A stretch of 63,841 nucleotides of DNA, filler included, from Reticulomyxa filosa (lineage: Eukaryota; Protista; Foraminifera), in assembly GCA_000512085.1 (NCBI GenBank). It is 10 parts of 10 records of this genome, joined end to end, with 100 filler letters (N's around TTAATTAATTAA, not from the genome) between each part and the next. Parts side by side here need not be neighbours in the genome. Positions count along the whole stretch, not along the records: positions 36,620 to 39,782 come from ASPP01012679.1; positions 39,883 to 48,797 come from ASPP01004918.1; positions 48,898 to 53,162 come from ASPP01001668.1; 7 more parts are not named here. One strand, written 5' to 3'. A program made the translations under genes and the position numbers. Of the stretch, positions 39,348-52,120 are shown piece after piece. How positions within the stretch are numbered: the stretch's first letter is position 1; every line of letters starts with the position of its first letter. The notes below the pieces were generated by a model. It saw only the letters and a list, made by a program, of their open reading frames with translations. It was not told where the DNA came from and made no database searches.

Positions 39348-39707
39348 ATATAATGATTCTGGTTTGATTGATTTAAAGGATGGATTCCCTTCATTGAAAG
39401 ACACGTCCAAATACAAAGTCATTGCTCGAGATTTATGCGTGAAAAACGGTTGGGAATTCCCTAAAGAACTCAGTCAGACCTTACAAAGCGATGGACAATA
39501 TATTGTGCGTATATGCATGGGGTCTGAAGGCAAAGAACTTACTACTCAAGGACTTGGTCTCAAACCCAAGGTCGCTTTGTATGAGGCTTATCGCTGTGCG
39601 CTTGTTCAATTGTGTCCTCGTAATGAATTAATGAAAATGCTCGAAAAATGGTCCAATGATTCCTCTGCATCTTCCGTCGAAGGTACATCAATACATGATA
39701 AAGGAGG
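36678..39707 (+). CDS. Cold-shock-like OB repeats + Schlafen/AlbA_2 domain + dsRNA-binding domain protein (partial)
   Basis: Exons 36678-37030, 37207-37516, 37638-38711, 38843-39177 and 39379-~39707. Schlafen motifs DISRLEFKT, INAILN..GGILYFG, VKGV and EAYTRR. dsRBD YKVIARDLCVKNGWEFP...YIVRI...GLGLKPKVALYEAYRCALVQL. The first three splices are in frame; the last needs a 1-nt correction. Confidence 0.72.
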
Positions 39708-39882
39708 TAAGTTATTTACATTTACATTTGCATTTTTTTTTTTTTTTTTGCATTTACTTTGTTCAAAGTAACCTATTTTATGNNNNNNNNNNNNNNNNNN
39801 NNNNNNNNNNNNNNNNNNNNNNNNNNTTAATTAATTAANNNNNNNNNNNNNNNNNNNNNNNNNNNNNNNNNNNNNNNNNNNN

Positions 39883-42800
39883 GCCAAAGGCGAAAGCTCA
39901 CGAGAGAATGGACGCGTCGTTCGCGACATATTGGACAAGGCGTTGTCCAAAGAGCGGCAAAGCGCAGTGCGTGAGGGACGCGTGCAAGTGTTCCACGTGC
40001 CGAAAGGGAGTCAGAAGACACGAAAAACATGATGGATCACAGATATATCATCCCCAAGCCAATGTGGTCGCGCGTGCGTGTGAAGCATTTGGCAAGCGTC
40101 ACGCACGTCAATGTGAATAGCGTTTTATTTTTGTGCGCATTTTGCGTGAGCCTATTTTGGGTCCTTCGTATCACGAGTTGGCAATGATATTTGACCCAAA
40201 TGGCATAGACAGCAGTCAAAACTTTTCTGTCGTTTTTAATATCTTGGGCCATCCCAATCCCAACATTAATTTCCTTGTTTATGACATATTAGTTTCGTCT
40301 TTCATTTTTTTTTTTTAAATGCAAACAAATTTTTTTTTAACAAAACAAAAAAAAAAAATTAAGAGATCGTTGGAATGCCACAAATCAATTCACGACAAAA
40401 TATGTGGGATAGAAATACCGACTGATTGCGAGAAATACTTTAGCTGTGGCAGCCAAACGAAATACAGCAATAATCATATTCGACATCTCTATTGCACGGA
40501 AGTGCTGTATAATGCGTTGGTGGAAAAGAGCGCGGATTACAAAGTATCCGAATTATGGCCAGAATTGCTCAAAAATGGGCACAAGAGTTTGGCGATATTA
40601 ACGCATTCAATACTTTTTCTCCTGCCTCGAAATTCGTTTGGGTGCGTCACATGACTTTTGTTTGCAAAATCATTACCACCTCGTTCTCCATTGAAACCCA
40701 TCTCTCACTCCTTATTCCCTTTGTGCCAGAGGCGACACATCCGTGTCGAAACATCATACAAGTTTTCTAATTTCAAATTTTTGGCTCATTTTGGAGGATT
40801 TGTACGCGCTGCCGATACAACAGGTTCGCATATGTACTCCAATAATACGATGCACACATATGCATATATGTAATTGTAATGAGGACTTGTAAAACGCTGG
40901 AAGGACAATCACAGATGACGGAAAAGAGCGAAATTGATCAAGTGCTCACAGACGCTTTAAAAGAAGTCACGAAAACACTTTTTAATGTGTTGGAAATCGA
41001 AAAGGACCATAAAATGATTCAAAAAGTGTGGTCTGATTTTTTCGGGGGATTCAAAAAACGAAATAGGGGGTCACTCGAGGGCCTTTTTTTGGGAGAAAAG
41101 AAGCTATTGAGAGAGGAGTTTCGAAAGCAACTTGCGCAATGTTGTGAAAAATATATCAAATATCGTGACAAAGACAACACCAAGGATAACCCTTTGGAAG
41201 ATGTTTAATACTGTTTACAAACAAAAGAGTGCTTGAACACTATTTATGTATATCTATGTGTATTCATTGGCATTGTGTTGTTTTGTCCGTTATACAGATG
41301 GCGCATGGAATTACAAAATTGCTCGAATTGAAAGACATAATCCATCACTCCGACTTAACAATACCACGTGATCTCTATGATACATGTTTGGAATTTGGGT
41401 GGAAAAGCGGCGATAATAAAGAAAGGAAAAAGCAGTTGTGCGATGCCATTTTCAATACATTGAACCACAACGCAGCGAACCCGAATTCGAAATCGGACCC
41501 CGATATTTTCTATGATTTTTTGGAGAAGCTGTTGCAATTGGTGAAGGAATGCAAAGTGACCAATGACTATATCACGATCGTATTTGAAGATTGTTTGTTC
41601 GGCAAACAGCCACTATCCTCGAATACCGAAAAGTCTGGCCCGATGCCCAACGACAGTTTGTCGTGTGTGTCGCTCCAAGTATCGGACCATCGTCACCTGT
41701 GCACCGTGCCCAAATTACGAGAAAGAGCATTTGAGTTGCTCTCGACTCTGCTGGATCAATGCGAGGAGAAGTCGATCGAACACTTTTTGACAAAGCTTGT
41801 GGAGCACTTGGATATCTTTCCGCACGCCAATGAAAAATGGAAAGACGTGAGTAGTTGTCGTCGAAGAGAGCACTTTGTGGGATTGGAGAACTTGGGGAGC
41901 ACTTGCTATTTGAATTCGATCCTGCAAAACCTGTTCATGATCCCTTCTTTTCGAGAACGCATTCTGTCGCTCCCCTACGGCCCGCACAGAGGCTCATTCT
42001 TACTTCAGTTGCAGCGCTTATTCCTCAGACTCGCATACTCCAAGCGTCAAACACTTAATCCAAAGAGCTTTATCGACACTGTCCGTTCGCCCGGAGTTTC
42101 GATTTTGTGTCAACAAAAAAGAAGAATTTTTTTTAAAACGTTCAAATGACCCTTTTTTTTTTTTACAAAAAAAAAACAGAATAGAAAAATTGTCCCCACG
42201 GAACATATGGATTGTGGCGAAATGATGTTGCAGATATTTAGTCAATTGGAGGAACAGCTGATTGCTCTTCAAGTTTGTTTATTTTGTTTTTAAGGATAAT
42301 AATAATAATAATTATTATTATTATTGATTGTATTTGCATTTGTATTTGTTAAAAAAAAAAGCTGGATACCTTGGTGCTTCGTCAAATGGAAATCCAATTG
42401 AATTACAAAACCACGTGCGACCATTGCGACAAAGCGCGGGATCGAAAGGAGACGTGCCGATTGTTGTCATTGGAGGCAGCAGATGTGAAGAGCCTAACAG
42501 AGGGCCTGGATAAGTTTGTGGAGCTGGAACGGTTGCACGATAAGAATGCGGTGACTTGCGAGAACTGCCAGTCGAAGCAGAATTGCCAACGGCGACAGAC
42601 GATAGCTCAAAGTCCGGACGTGTTGATTATTTGCTTGAAACGATTCCGTTATGACGTGGCGAACCAACAGCGAGAAAAATTGAATCACGAAATCGCCTTC
42701 TCGGAGCACTTGAACCTTTGGCCTTATCTTACTGCTTATTTTAATCATGACAGTCCCGAGGCGCTCACGTCCTCATCTTGGTATGACTTGAAAGGAGTCA

Positions 42801-45534
42801 TCATCCACTCCGGGGATACAAATAAAGGACATTATTATACGCTCATTAATGACGATAAGACGAAGCAATGGTACAAATTCGACGACACTAAAGTTAGTCC
42901 ATTTGACTTTGCAAAGATCAAAGAAGAGGCGTTTGGGGGATTCGTTCGAATCAATGTGGCTGATAGTAATGATGACGAGGATGACAACGAAAAAAAAGAA
43001 GAAGAAGAAGAAGATAATGATGATAATTATAATGATGATGATGACGAAAATGGAAATGAAAGAAGAGAAGAAAGAAAAAGAAAAAGAAGAAGGAATGGTG
43101 ATGAGGGTGATGAAAACATAGAAGTGGGAGGAAAAAAACCGAGTCAGCACAAACGACATCATGTATCCAATCGCAGGAAAGAGACCACGGGATCGGAAAG
43201 CAACGGAAACAGTCGATTGAAGAAGGAACAAAACCAATATGAATTTCCGCAAGAGTGCAACGCGTATATCCTCATTTACAAACGCCAAGAGAGTAAAGAC
43301 AGTGTTGTCATCGAGACAGCCGACCACGGCAAGACCTTGTCCTCTGAACAACACACGAGCACGGGCAACAACAACACCCAACAACATCAACAACACCAAC
43401 ATTGCAAAAAATGAAGCGATCACTGTCATCGAAACAAACAAAGTGGAGGAGACGGGAGCAGAGACAAAATTCAATGCCGCCAAAGAAGAAAAGCAAGAGG
43501 AGGCAGAACAAAAGGTAATGGAAAATGATCACAAGCCCGATAGCAAAGACACAACACCGATGACGCCAACTGGAACCGAAAGCCGAAACAAAGAAAATTT
43601 CTCGGTTGAAAGGTCCACGGTCGTGAATGGTGGAGATATCAACCAATTGCTGCAAGAGGAATTCGAAGCCATCGAACGCGAAAATTTGAAAATCTTTCGA
43701 CAAGAAAATATCTATGACAAACTGTTTGACAACTTTATGTTCAAACGCATACAAACACTTCGTGACGCCACAAAGGACAATCAATACGATAAGAACTCAG
43801 CCGTCCATGTCTTATTGCCAAAAGTGCTGTTGCAGTATGTGTTGAATGTGGCACCTGGACTCAACCAAGTCGGTACTCATCAAGAAGAGTGGTTTTGCAT
43901 GCTAAAGGAAATGTATTGTGCTGACATCACTTTGATTGAAGGTCTCATCCAAAATGACTGTCTGGTCCCATGGCTCCTCAATTTGTGTACCAAGTGTCCA
44001 CAGCAAGATACCAGATTTTGTGCTCTCACCTTTTTTGAAGAAGTTTTCAAAACATTCGGTTATTATTTTCTAAAAATATAATTATTATATTTATCCATTG
44101 TCTATCTTGTGATTCACACACACGTATATTATGTGACTCCAAAAAATACATATACATATATACATACACATATGCAAAATAACTCAATGGATGAATATCT
44201 CTCACAACAGGTACAAAATCTTCAAGTAAAAGATCCACTGAACGCTTGTGCAAAAAAATGTGTGAGGTGACTCGCAACATGCTGCCTCATGAAATGCCTT
44301 TGCTGAGAGACAAAAATGGAAAATTATTACCTTTGGCACATGAATTCTTTGTGTTACTAAAAAAGATCATTTTTCAACCGACCTTTGTGTATTTTTTCCA
44401 TAAAAACACACTGCTCCAAGATCTCATTGACCTCTGCTGCAAAGGTAGATCCAACTCACCAATTCATATACATACATATACATACATATGTACATATTGT
44501 TTGTATTAGTAATATCCAATGCATGTGTGTGTGCGATATTTGTTAGATGACTCCAATGTTCATTATTCATGGCTACCTTCCAATATACGATTACTGGAAA
44601 GTAATTCCTCAGTGCAATATGATTTATTGTTTGAATTGATCCGAAAATTGCTGGAATCCCATAAAAAACGCCGAACAAAGGAAACAAAGAAAGAAGACTC
44701 CGACAAAAACGAGGATACATCGCCCGCAAATGAAGAGGAGAACAAATACAACGACAATGAGGCAGATGGTTATCCAAATGAGAGTGATAGCAAAAAAACA
44801 GACAAAGAAAGTGACATATACGCACGTGCCATTGCTAACATGCGCTCAAAGACTTTTTTGCAATGTTTAATCGCTCGAAACTGTAAGAATGACGAACATC
44901 AATTGAAACTGGTTCATTTTGTTGCTGAGAACGATGTGACCGTCAGCAAAAAAATAACCGAATATGCCATGCGCAGAATTGAGCATTTGGACTATTATGA
45001 TTGCTGGTCTGCCGTTCGTTGTGTCATGGAACTCATGTCCATTGAAGACGAATACAAACAAAAAAGATTGTCCAAGTGCTTTAAAATTTTTATTCAAGGT
45101 GTAAAACGAGAGCAAAGCTGGCATATAGTTGAAATGTGTATTGTATTATTGGTTGATTTGATGGAAAAGAAAAAAGAAGTTTTGTACAGAGCTGTTATTT
45201 ATTTTTGTTTGTTTGTTTGTTCTGTTTTCTTCATCATGCAAAAATTGTCTATGTGACTCCACACTTCAAACAGGTTGCCGAATGGTTTTTAAATTCGACA
45301 GATGGTATTGAATTTTTAAATTGGATCAAAACTTATACAGAAAAATTTCCTTCCATAAACAAAATTTCAGAAATTATCAAAAAAGGAGGAAATACACCAA
45401 TGAAATTTAAACATGAACCACTACCTCAAGTCGATAGAAGCCTCCGCGTTCATGAACTTCCTATTTACAAGAATAAAAAGTTGAAAGATATTGTTCAAAA
45501 CTTTACCACATTTTTGAAAGTAAAAGCAAAATGA
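39883..45534 (+). CDS. Large ubiquitin-specific protease (peptidase C19, USP9/24/34-like), 5'-truncated
   Basis: Cys box VGLENLGSTCYLNSILQNLF, ICLKRFRYD, His box IIHSGDTNKGHYYT, WYKFDD and NAYILIYKR. Helical N- and C-terminal extensions; 1-nt frameshift at ~43378. Confidence 0.92.
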
Positions 45535-46155
45535 TAAATACTATCAATTTGTTAATTCTTTACAAAATGTTTTTACATCGTTAATACGGATCCCTTTTTT
45601 TTTAGTAAAAGGCTTCAACCAGGTTTACTTAGTTTCCTTTGTTGGTGTATCCTCACAAAGGAGTAAATTGCGACGTTGGACATTTATTACTTATGTGACC
45701 TTCACCAATTATACTTTTCAAGAATTTGTTACTTTGCAAAATTTTTTTCCAATAATGTTTAAAATTGCACATCAAAAATATCGAAACTAAACATTTTTAT
45801 CATAATCTGGGCAATTGATCATTGTGACCAGTGTATAACTTTTTGATTATATTTATTGCAATAATGCAGTCAACCACAAAAAAAGATTCTGAATTGAATT
45901 GCTACAAACTTTTGAATTATCATTAAAAATTAAAAATTTTTCATTGTTTTCTACTCTCTTATAAAAAACAAATATATTTTGGATTTTTCAGTGTAGATTT
46001 ACTGCCTCTATTTCGCTTGGTATTAGAGTTTGTTTGACGTATTAAAAAATTTAAAAAACAAAGGACTGGAATTGAAACTGCTTCACACAGCATTTTTTGA
46101 AAAGAAAAAGAAGGCTTTATTTTTTCTGAAAGGATTAAAAAAAAAAACTCCCATC

Positions 46156-47365
46156 ATGCGTCATCGTTCGTCTGGAGTGTGTGGACAAAAGAGCATTTTC
46201 TCTTCTGCATTAAATTTTTGTAAACGAAGGGCTTTATTTGTTTCCCTGATAGTCTTTGCGTTGTTATGGGGAGGAAGTGCCGTAGTATATTTGAAGACAA
46301 GGCAAAGTGCATCAGTTCAACATCCCCTTCAACAACACACAAATAAACAAACGACTGCATTGTTTGTTATTTTGTTCTAACCCCTTGCAAGGTTGTGAAA
46401 CATACATATTTGCTTTGTCTTGTTTTTTGGTTGCCCCACCTCAAGCAAGACTCTCTCAGGGAACAATGAGGACCCGAAACAAGAGACTCTTTCATCAAGA
46501 CCGTTGCCCATTGATAAAAAGGTTAACCATTCAAATGTCCAGTTGTCTGCCGAACAAATGGTTGCAGCAGCTGAAAAAGGCAATAACCAAGTTTTCTTTT
46601 TTTAATTTGAGCATTAACCCCCCAAATTGAACCTTTTTTGTTTGCTTGTTTGATAAAAAACATTAAAAAAAAGTACTGATAACATATGGTCAAAACTGTT
46701 GTGCCGAGGCAAAGAAGAGGATGTGTGACACTGGTTATAAGGTTGGGAATGTTCAGCAGTGTTATGGGTATGATCAATCTGTAATGGACGCGAAATTTCG
46801 CGAGAAAAATCAAAAGATATTGCAACAGGGTCGAGGAGCAGGATACTGGTTGTGGAAACCTTACATAATTTACAAGCACTTGACGGACGACAAATTGCCT
46901 GATGGCAGCTATATCATCTACAGCGACGCAGGAGCGAAAGTAATTGGGGATGTAAAACATGTGCTGAATTTTATGCAAGAACATGACGACTTGTATAAAG
47001 GAGTGCTGTTCTTTGGCGTGGGCTTTCCTCAAAAATACTTTTGCAAAAGAGATGCGTTCATTTTGCAAGATTGCGATAACCAAAAGTGTTATGATGCCAT
47101 GCAAATCAATGCTTTTTGCGGTTTTTTTCGAAAGTGTGATTACAGTCGAATGGTTGTTAAGGCGTGGCTGGATGCTTGTCAAGATGAAAGGGTCTTGACT
47201 GATATGTCTAATAAAATGGGACAACCCAATCTCCAGGGCTTTCGAGATCATCGCCATGACCAGGCTGTCATTACCAATCTTATGAACTCCAAAGGTTGGT
47301 ATTATGATACCACCAACGGTCCTGTTTTGGACAAAGTTTTTTATCACGACAGATACAAAGGATAA
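46156..47365 (+). CDS. Type II membrane GT-A-like glycosyltransferase
   Basis: N-terminal signal anchor (ALFVSLIVFALLWGG) and stem, then RGAGYWLWKPYII, IIYSDAG, KRDAF and DHRHDQAVIT. Two introns precede the catalytic exon. Confidence 0.75.
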
Positions 47366-48456
47366 CCTTACACACAAAAAATCATCCATCTTTTTTCCAT
47401 TCTTCTTTAAGAGTGGTCTCCTTGTACTTGTTTCATTAGTTTTCTTCAGTGTCTTATTGGGCTTAAAATGATGTTCTCCAATGAAAGATTTTAATGTAAG
47501 ACAAAAGTTAAACACAATAAAAGCAAGCGAGCGAAACAATTCTTGCGAAATATTACATTCTCGCATGTGAAATAATCAAGGCTCTTTATTTTTCATACAG
47601 AATAAAATATAATAATATTGCCTTTTTTCGCAATGATTTAAAATTAAAGAATTAAACACGCACTCGATATTCACTCATTATTTATTTGTATTGCACAATT
47701 ACGAAATTTTAAGGGGTACATCCCAATTCTAGAACAGGACAAATAATTTTATAAAATTTTGTCTAAAGTGGTGTTGTTAATGTGCAACAGATTTATTTGT
47801 GGAAAAATATGGGCAACAATAATTTATTTATTCATTTTCTTCAGCCCTATCGAGCTGCGCACTCTGTAAATATCACAAGGATAGCAAATGTTACCAAACG
47901 TGAAGATAACTGGTTTTTTATAAGGAATACACGTGTATACTTTTTTGAAAAGTGTCTGCGTGGTGTTCCACCAAATACTTTAAATTTTGTTTTTTTATTG
48001 TGAAATCATTCTTTAGGCACTGAAACCAATATCAATATGGTTTTGAATTATGAACACAGAATGTTATTTTGTTCAAGATGAACACGCACTTAAAAAAGAA
48101 ATATAGCTGTTGGAGATTAAATGAAATAACTCATGCAGTCACGTCGTTGAGTTCACGTCTCCATTTTGCAAAGAACACAAGTACAAGTGGTCTGACAGTT
48201 GATATTCACTGTTTGAATGCTTTTGGTCACCACTATGTAACAAATAAGAGCAGCACAAGCAAAGTAACACTATAGAATAGACAGTAGTTTGTTTTTACTG
48301 TTTGTTTTATTTTTTGTTGGTATCTTACCAAACAAAAAAGTTTAAAATTAATTATAATGACTAATATTAAAGTATTTAACGCACAATAAATACATAAGAA
48401 AGTAAAAATTATTATGGGGAAGCAATATGATGATTTTACAAAGATGAACTTTGGAA

Positions 48457-48750
48457 ATGCTTTTGTACATAAAATCTATGCGAAAAATGGCAAAACACTT
48501 CAAGATTGGAGTGACAACTGTCCAAAATTGGAACAAAGCGTTTCAAATAAACAGGAATATTAACAGAAAGCATGGATTATGAAGAAAATCTATTTTGGTG
48601 ATCAAATGCGCAGTCGAGTGGTCAGGTGGCTAACCGAGAATTGTGAAACTGTAAATGAAATACAAAGAGAACTGTAAAAAACTGACAGCATATCCTTGTG
48701 TAGGGCAAGCACTTATCACACAAGGTTGAACTATTATGGAACTGAGGAGC
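48457..48750 (+). mobile_element. Degenerate IS630/Tc1/mariner transposase N-terminal double-HTH relic
   Basis: KSMRKMAKHFKIGVTTVQNWNKAFQ...KHGL*RK (HTH plus GRP-like linker). After a frameshift, RVVRWLTENCETVNEIQREL*K...STYHTRLNYYG (second HTH). Confidence 0.6.
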
Positions 48751-48897
48751 TCACTTTGGGTTAAACTTCATCAACTAACTACTTCTTACTTCCTTGCNNN
48801 NNNNNNNNNNNNNNNNNNNNNNNNNNNNNNNNNNNNNNNNNTTAATTAATTAANNNNNNNNNNNNNNNNNNNNNNNNNNNNNNNNNNNNNNNNNNNN

Positions 48898-50118
48898 TAT
48901 CATATGATCCAGAACAAATCAATTGGCAATCATCAAATGTTGAATAATCAATACTCAATACATAACTAGTCTGTCCAGTGAATGTATTGATTAATTTAAA
49001 AGAACGTACTAATTCAAAATCTGTGTTAATAATTGATGTTGATGAATTATCATTGATAATATTTTGTTTTTGTTCTTCTTTATTTTCATTGATTTGTTCA
49101 AATTTTTGTTGTTGTTGAATTATTTGTTTTTCTGTTACTTGCATTTTTTGTTTTATTTTTTGGATTTTATTTTCTTTTGATTTGATATCTTTTTTTAATT
49201 TTTCAATCTCAACAAATGTTGTTTTCTATTTAATTATTATTATTTTTTGCGTTTGATATTTTCAACAGATTGAAAAAAAGAACAAAACAAACCTGGACAG
49301 AGTTTAATTGTAAATTGTCTTTTTGATATTGTTCCAATTGTTGTTTCAAATGTGTAATTTCTTCATCTTTTTTACCTTTCAATTGTAACTCCACTTTAAG
49401 TGTTTCATTTTCCAAATTTAATTTATTAATTTCCTCCTATTTGTATTTTTTAAACATATATTGTTTTTTTGTCAAAATAATCAATAAATGATTATACCTG
49501 ATATTGTCGAATAGATTTGATAACCAAATCAAAATGTAATTTCATATTTGATATTAAATGATCATGAATTGCAGATTTTAAACATATATGATCGCATCCA
49601 AATGACTCAAACCAACATTTCACCATTTGTAAACGACAAGAATGTTCCAAATGATCATTCACCTGTTTCACTTTTCCTTTAAAATTGCAACTCACAAATC
49701 CAGGTATATCTCCTTCTTCATGTTCTTTTTGTGTTGATATTTGCAATTGTTGTTCTCTTTCTTGTTGAAATTGTTGTGGACATATCACATCTAATTCATT
49801 AATATATCGTTTCGCCAATCGATTTTGAGAATACAAACAGTTATCATGAGGTTCGATTGGACAAGAATTTGGGTTTTGATTAAGAAATTGCTTCAAGCAA
49901 TTCTCTCCAATAATTAATGATTCGTCCATATTTTTATGTTGAGGGCAATCAATTTCCATTGGGTTATTAGCGACTTGTTTGCAAATCAAACAGATAAAAT
50001 CTTGAATATCTTCGTGTTGGTTTAATTGTAAAATCCAATTTTTGTCAAAGCAAGACTGTTGTTGAGTAATTGACTTTAAGTCCAGTTTTGCATTGTATTT
50101 ACTTTTTTCTTCTTCCAT
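48898..50118 (-). CDS. RING/TRAF-like zinc finger + coiled coil + WD40 protein (expanded Reticulomyxa-type family), 3'-truncated
   Basis: [19 protein letters not shown]...[33 protein letters not shown] and [10 protein letters not shown], then [20 protein letters not shown]...ICSGSYD. Confidence 0.85.
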
Positions 50119-50322
50119 TTTCCTTAATTTCTTTTCTTGGTTAGATGATGTATATAAATTTGATTCTGGAGTTTTTTTTATGAACTGGGAAAGTTTTGTT
50201 GTGGCCAACTCTAATTTTTTTTTTGAAAAAAATAATTTATGTGACAAAGTTGTTTTCACTTTTAAAAATTAAAAAAGACAATATATTCTAAATGCCAAAG
50301 TTATTTGAAATGTTAATTTCGG

Positions 50323-50540
50323 CACCTTATAGAGATAATTTATTTTCTACATGAAAAAATAACATTCAGACCTATTTTTAAATATATTAAACTTTCCTAA
50401 TTGTTTAAAAAATTGGAATATTTTATTGATTTTTGAAAATTTTCAAGAAAAAGTTGACAAACGTGCATATGTCGTAACAATGAAACTTGCCAACTTTTTT
50501 TAAAGAATTTTCAGAAAGTTTTCAATGCGTATAGATATTT
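50323..50540 (+). repeat. Diverged copy of the left arm of the 3611-4326 MITE
   Basis: CACCTTATAGAGATAATTTATTTTCTACATGAAAAAATAACATT matches 3642-3686, and weaker similarity continues into the internal region. Confidence 0.65.
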
Positions 50541-50829
50541 CTACGTTAGGCAGTTTTTGAGAAAACTCAATTTTTTTTTTGTAAAATTTAATGTTATTTT
50601 CAAGGTTTGTCAATTTTGAAGAATGATTGTTTTTGACCACTGTTTGGTTTGTTTTTACTTATAATTTGTTTTTTTGCTTTTTTTTGTCCAATGCCAAATA
50701 AATATGCTTTTTGAGCATTTCATCACATAGAATTTCTTTGTAAATATTTATTAATGGTCCTAACACTCCAAAGCAATTCCACATGATTATGCTTCAACAA
50801 CTAATTTTTGATGTTTTTATGATTAAATG

Positions 50830-52120
50830 TCAGCTTCCATTTAGATAAAAATGAAGGTGAATATGTCCGTGACAGGATATACACGATTGTTTGGGAAACT
50901 TTCAATGAAATGGAATGAAAAACAATTGAGTAATACTCTTAATTCTTTAATGGATAGATAAATAAATATAAGATTTGCAGTGAAATTGGATGGAAAATAA
51001 TTCAATGATACTTTTAATCATTTAATGGCTATATTTACTTGAAACAATTATGATGAAACACAAGTCGATTCTAGCTTCAAGTGTTTGATCAATGGATTCA
51101 AAGATAATAATGGATATACTCGTAGTATCCTGAGCAGAATCTATTGAAAATCTCATAATAAAATTAAATGAAAGACATTTGATTGATTACTAAATCAATA
51201 GATTAAAAGATGAGAGTAAATACATTCATGGATTATATGCAAAAAGCACTTGGAGATATTTCAGTGAAATTGAATGAAAAATAAATGAAGGCGATTTTCA
51301 ACGCCATAAAGTATTTGATATAATTATTAAAAAAAAATATCTGTGAAATTAAACAATAAACAATTATACTTGCCGATGGAACACTTGTTAAAAAGGTGGG
51401 AAAAAGAAATTATGATGTATTAACGAGAATGTTCGAAGATATTTGATTTATGCATTGAAAGAGAGCATGAACCAAGACAATTTTATTTGGAAAAAGAAAT
51501 GGAATTATTTGCCTCATATCCAATTGAATTGTAATGATAATAATATCACTTTGGATGCATTGAATGAATTAATAAATTATTATAATAAACAAATCAGTAA
51601 ATGGGGATTACTTATATCATCAATCAAAATGGAATTATGGTGATGAAGATATCAAATAACAAGGTTTTTTTTTCAACATTTAAATGATGAAAATTCATAC
51701 AATGATTATTATACATTGCATTTGGCAATCAACAACAACCATATATCCAATGAAGAGAATTGAATATTCAATGGATTATGTGGAAAAATAAATTGGTTGA
51801 TGAAGATGGTATTATCAAATTCATTGATGAAGAGAGTTATGAAGAAGGTACAACTTTCTTATTTGAATGAGATAGTTATCAAAAGTAATTTATTGTATTG
51901 GGTAGCAAGCAGAAATATAATGAAAAAAAAAATTTGATGAAATATAATATCCATTACCATTCAATCAAAACGAAAAGGATTGGATTACCAAGAAATACAA
52001 CATTTGAAAAATGAATGAAAGAATTGCAAGTGCAATTGACAACTTATTGGAATTATGTTATCACTGACAAATTTAAATATAAATGTCCAGATTTGATTGA
52101 AAATTGGAGTTGCAATGTGA
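50830..52120 (+). pseudogene. Decayed HEAT-repeat protein gene
   Basis: Fragments KLSMKWNEKQLSNTLNSLMD, AVKLDGK*FND, FKCLINGFKDNN and SVKLNEK*M, with many stops and frameshifts. Confidence 0.7.

Noticed and set aside
46523-47566. Long antisense ORFs (347 aa here; also 5367-5963, 42773-43483, 57278-58105)
   Set aside because: They are shadows of real coding exons or low-complexity repeats, with no motifs of their own.
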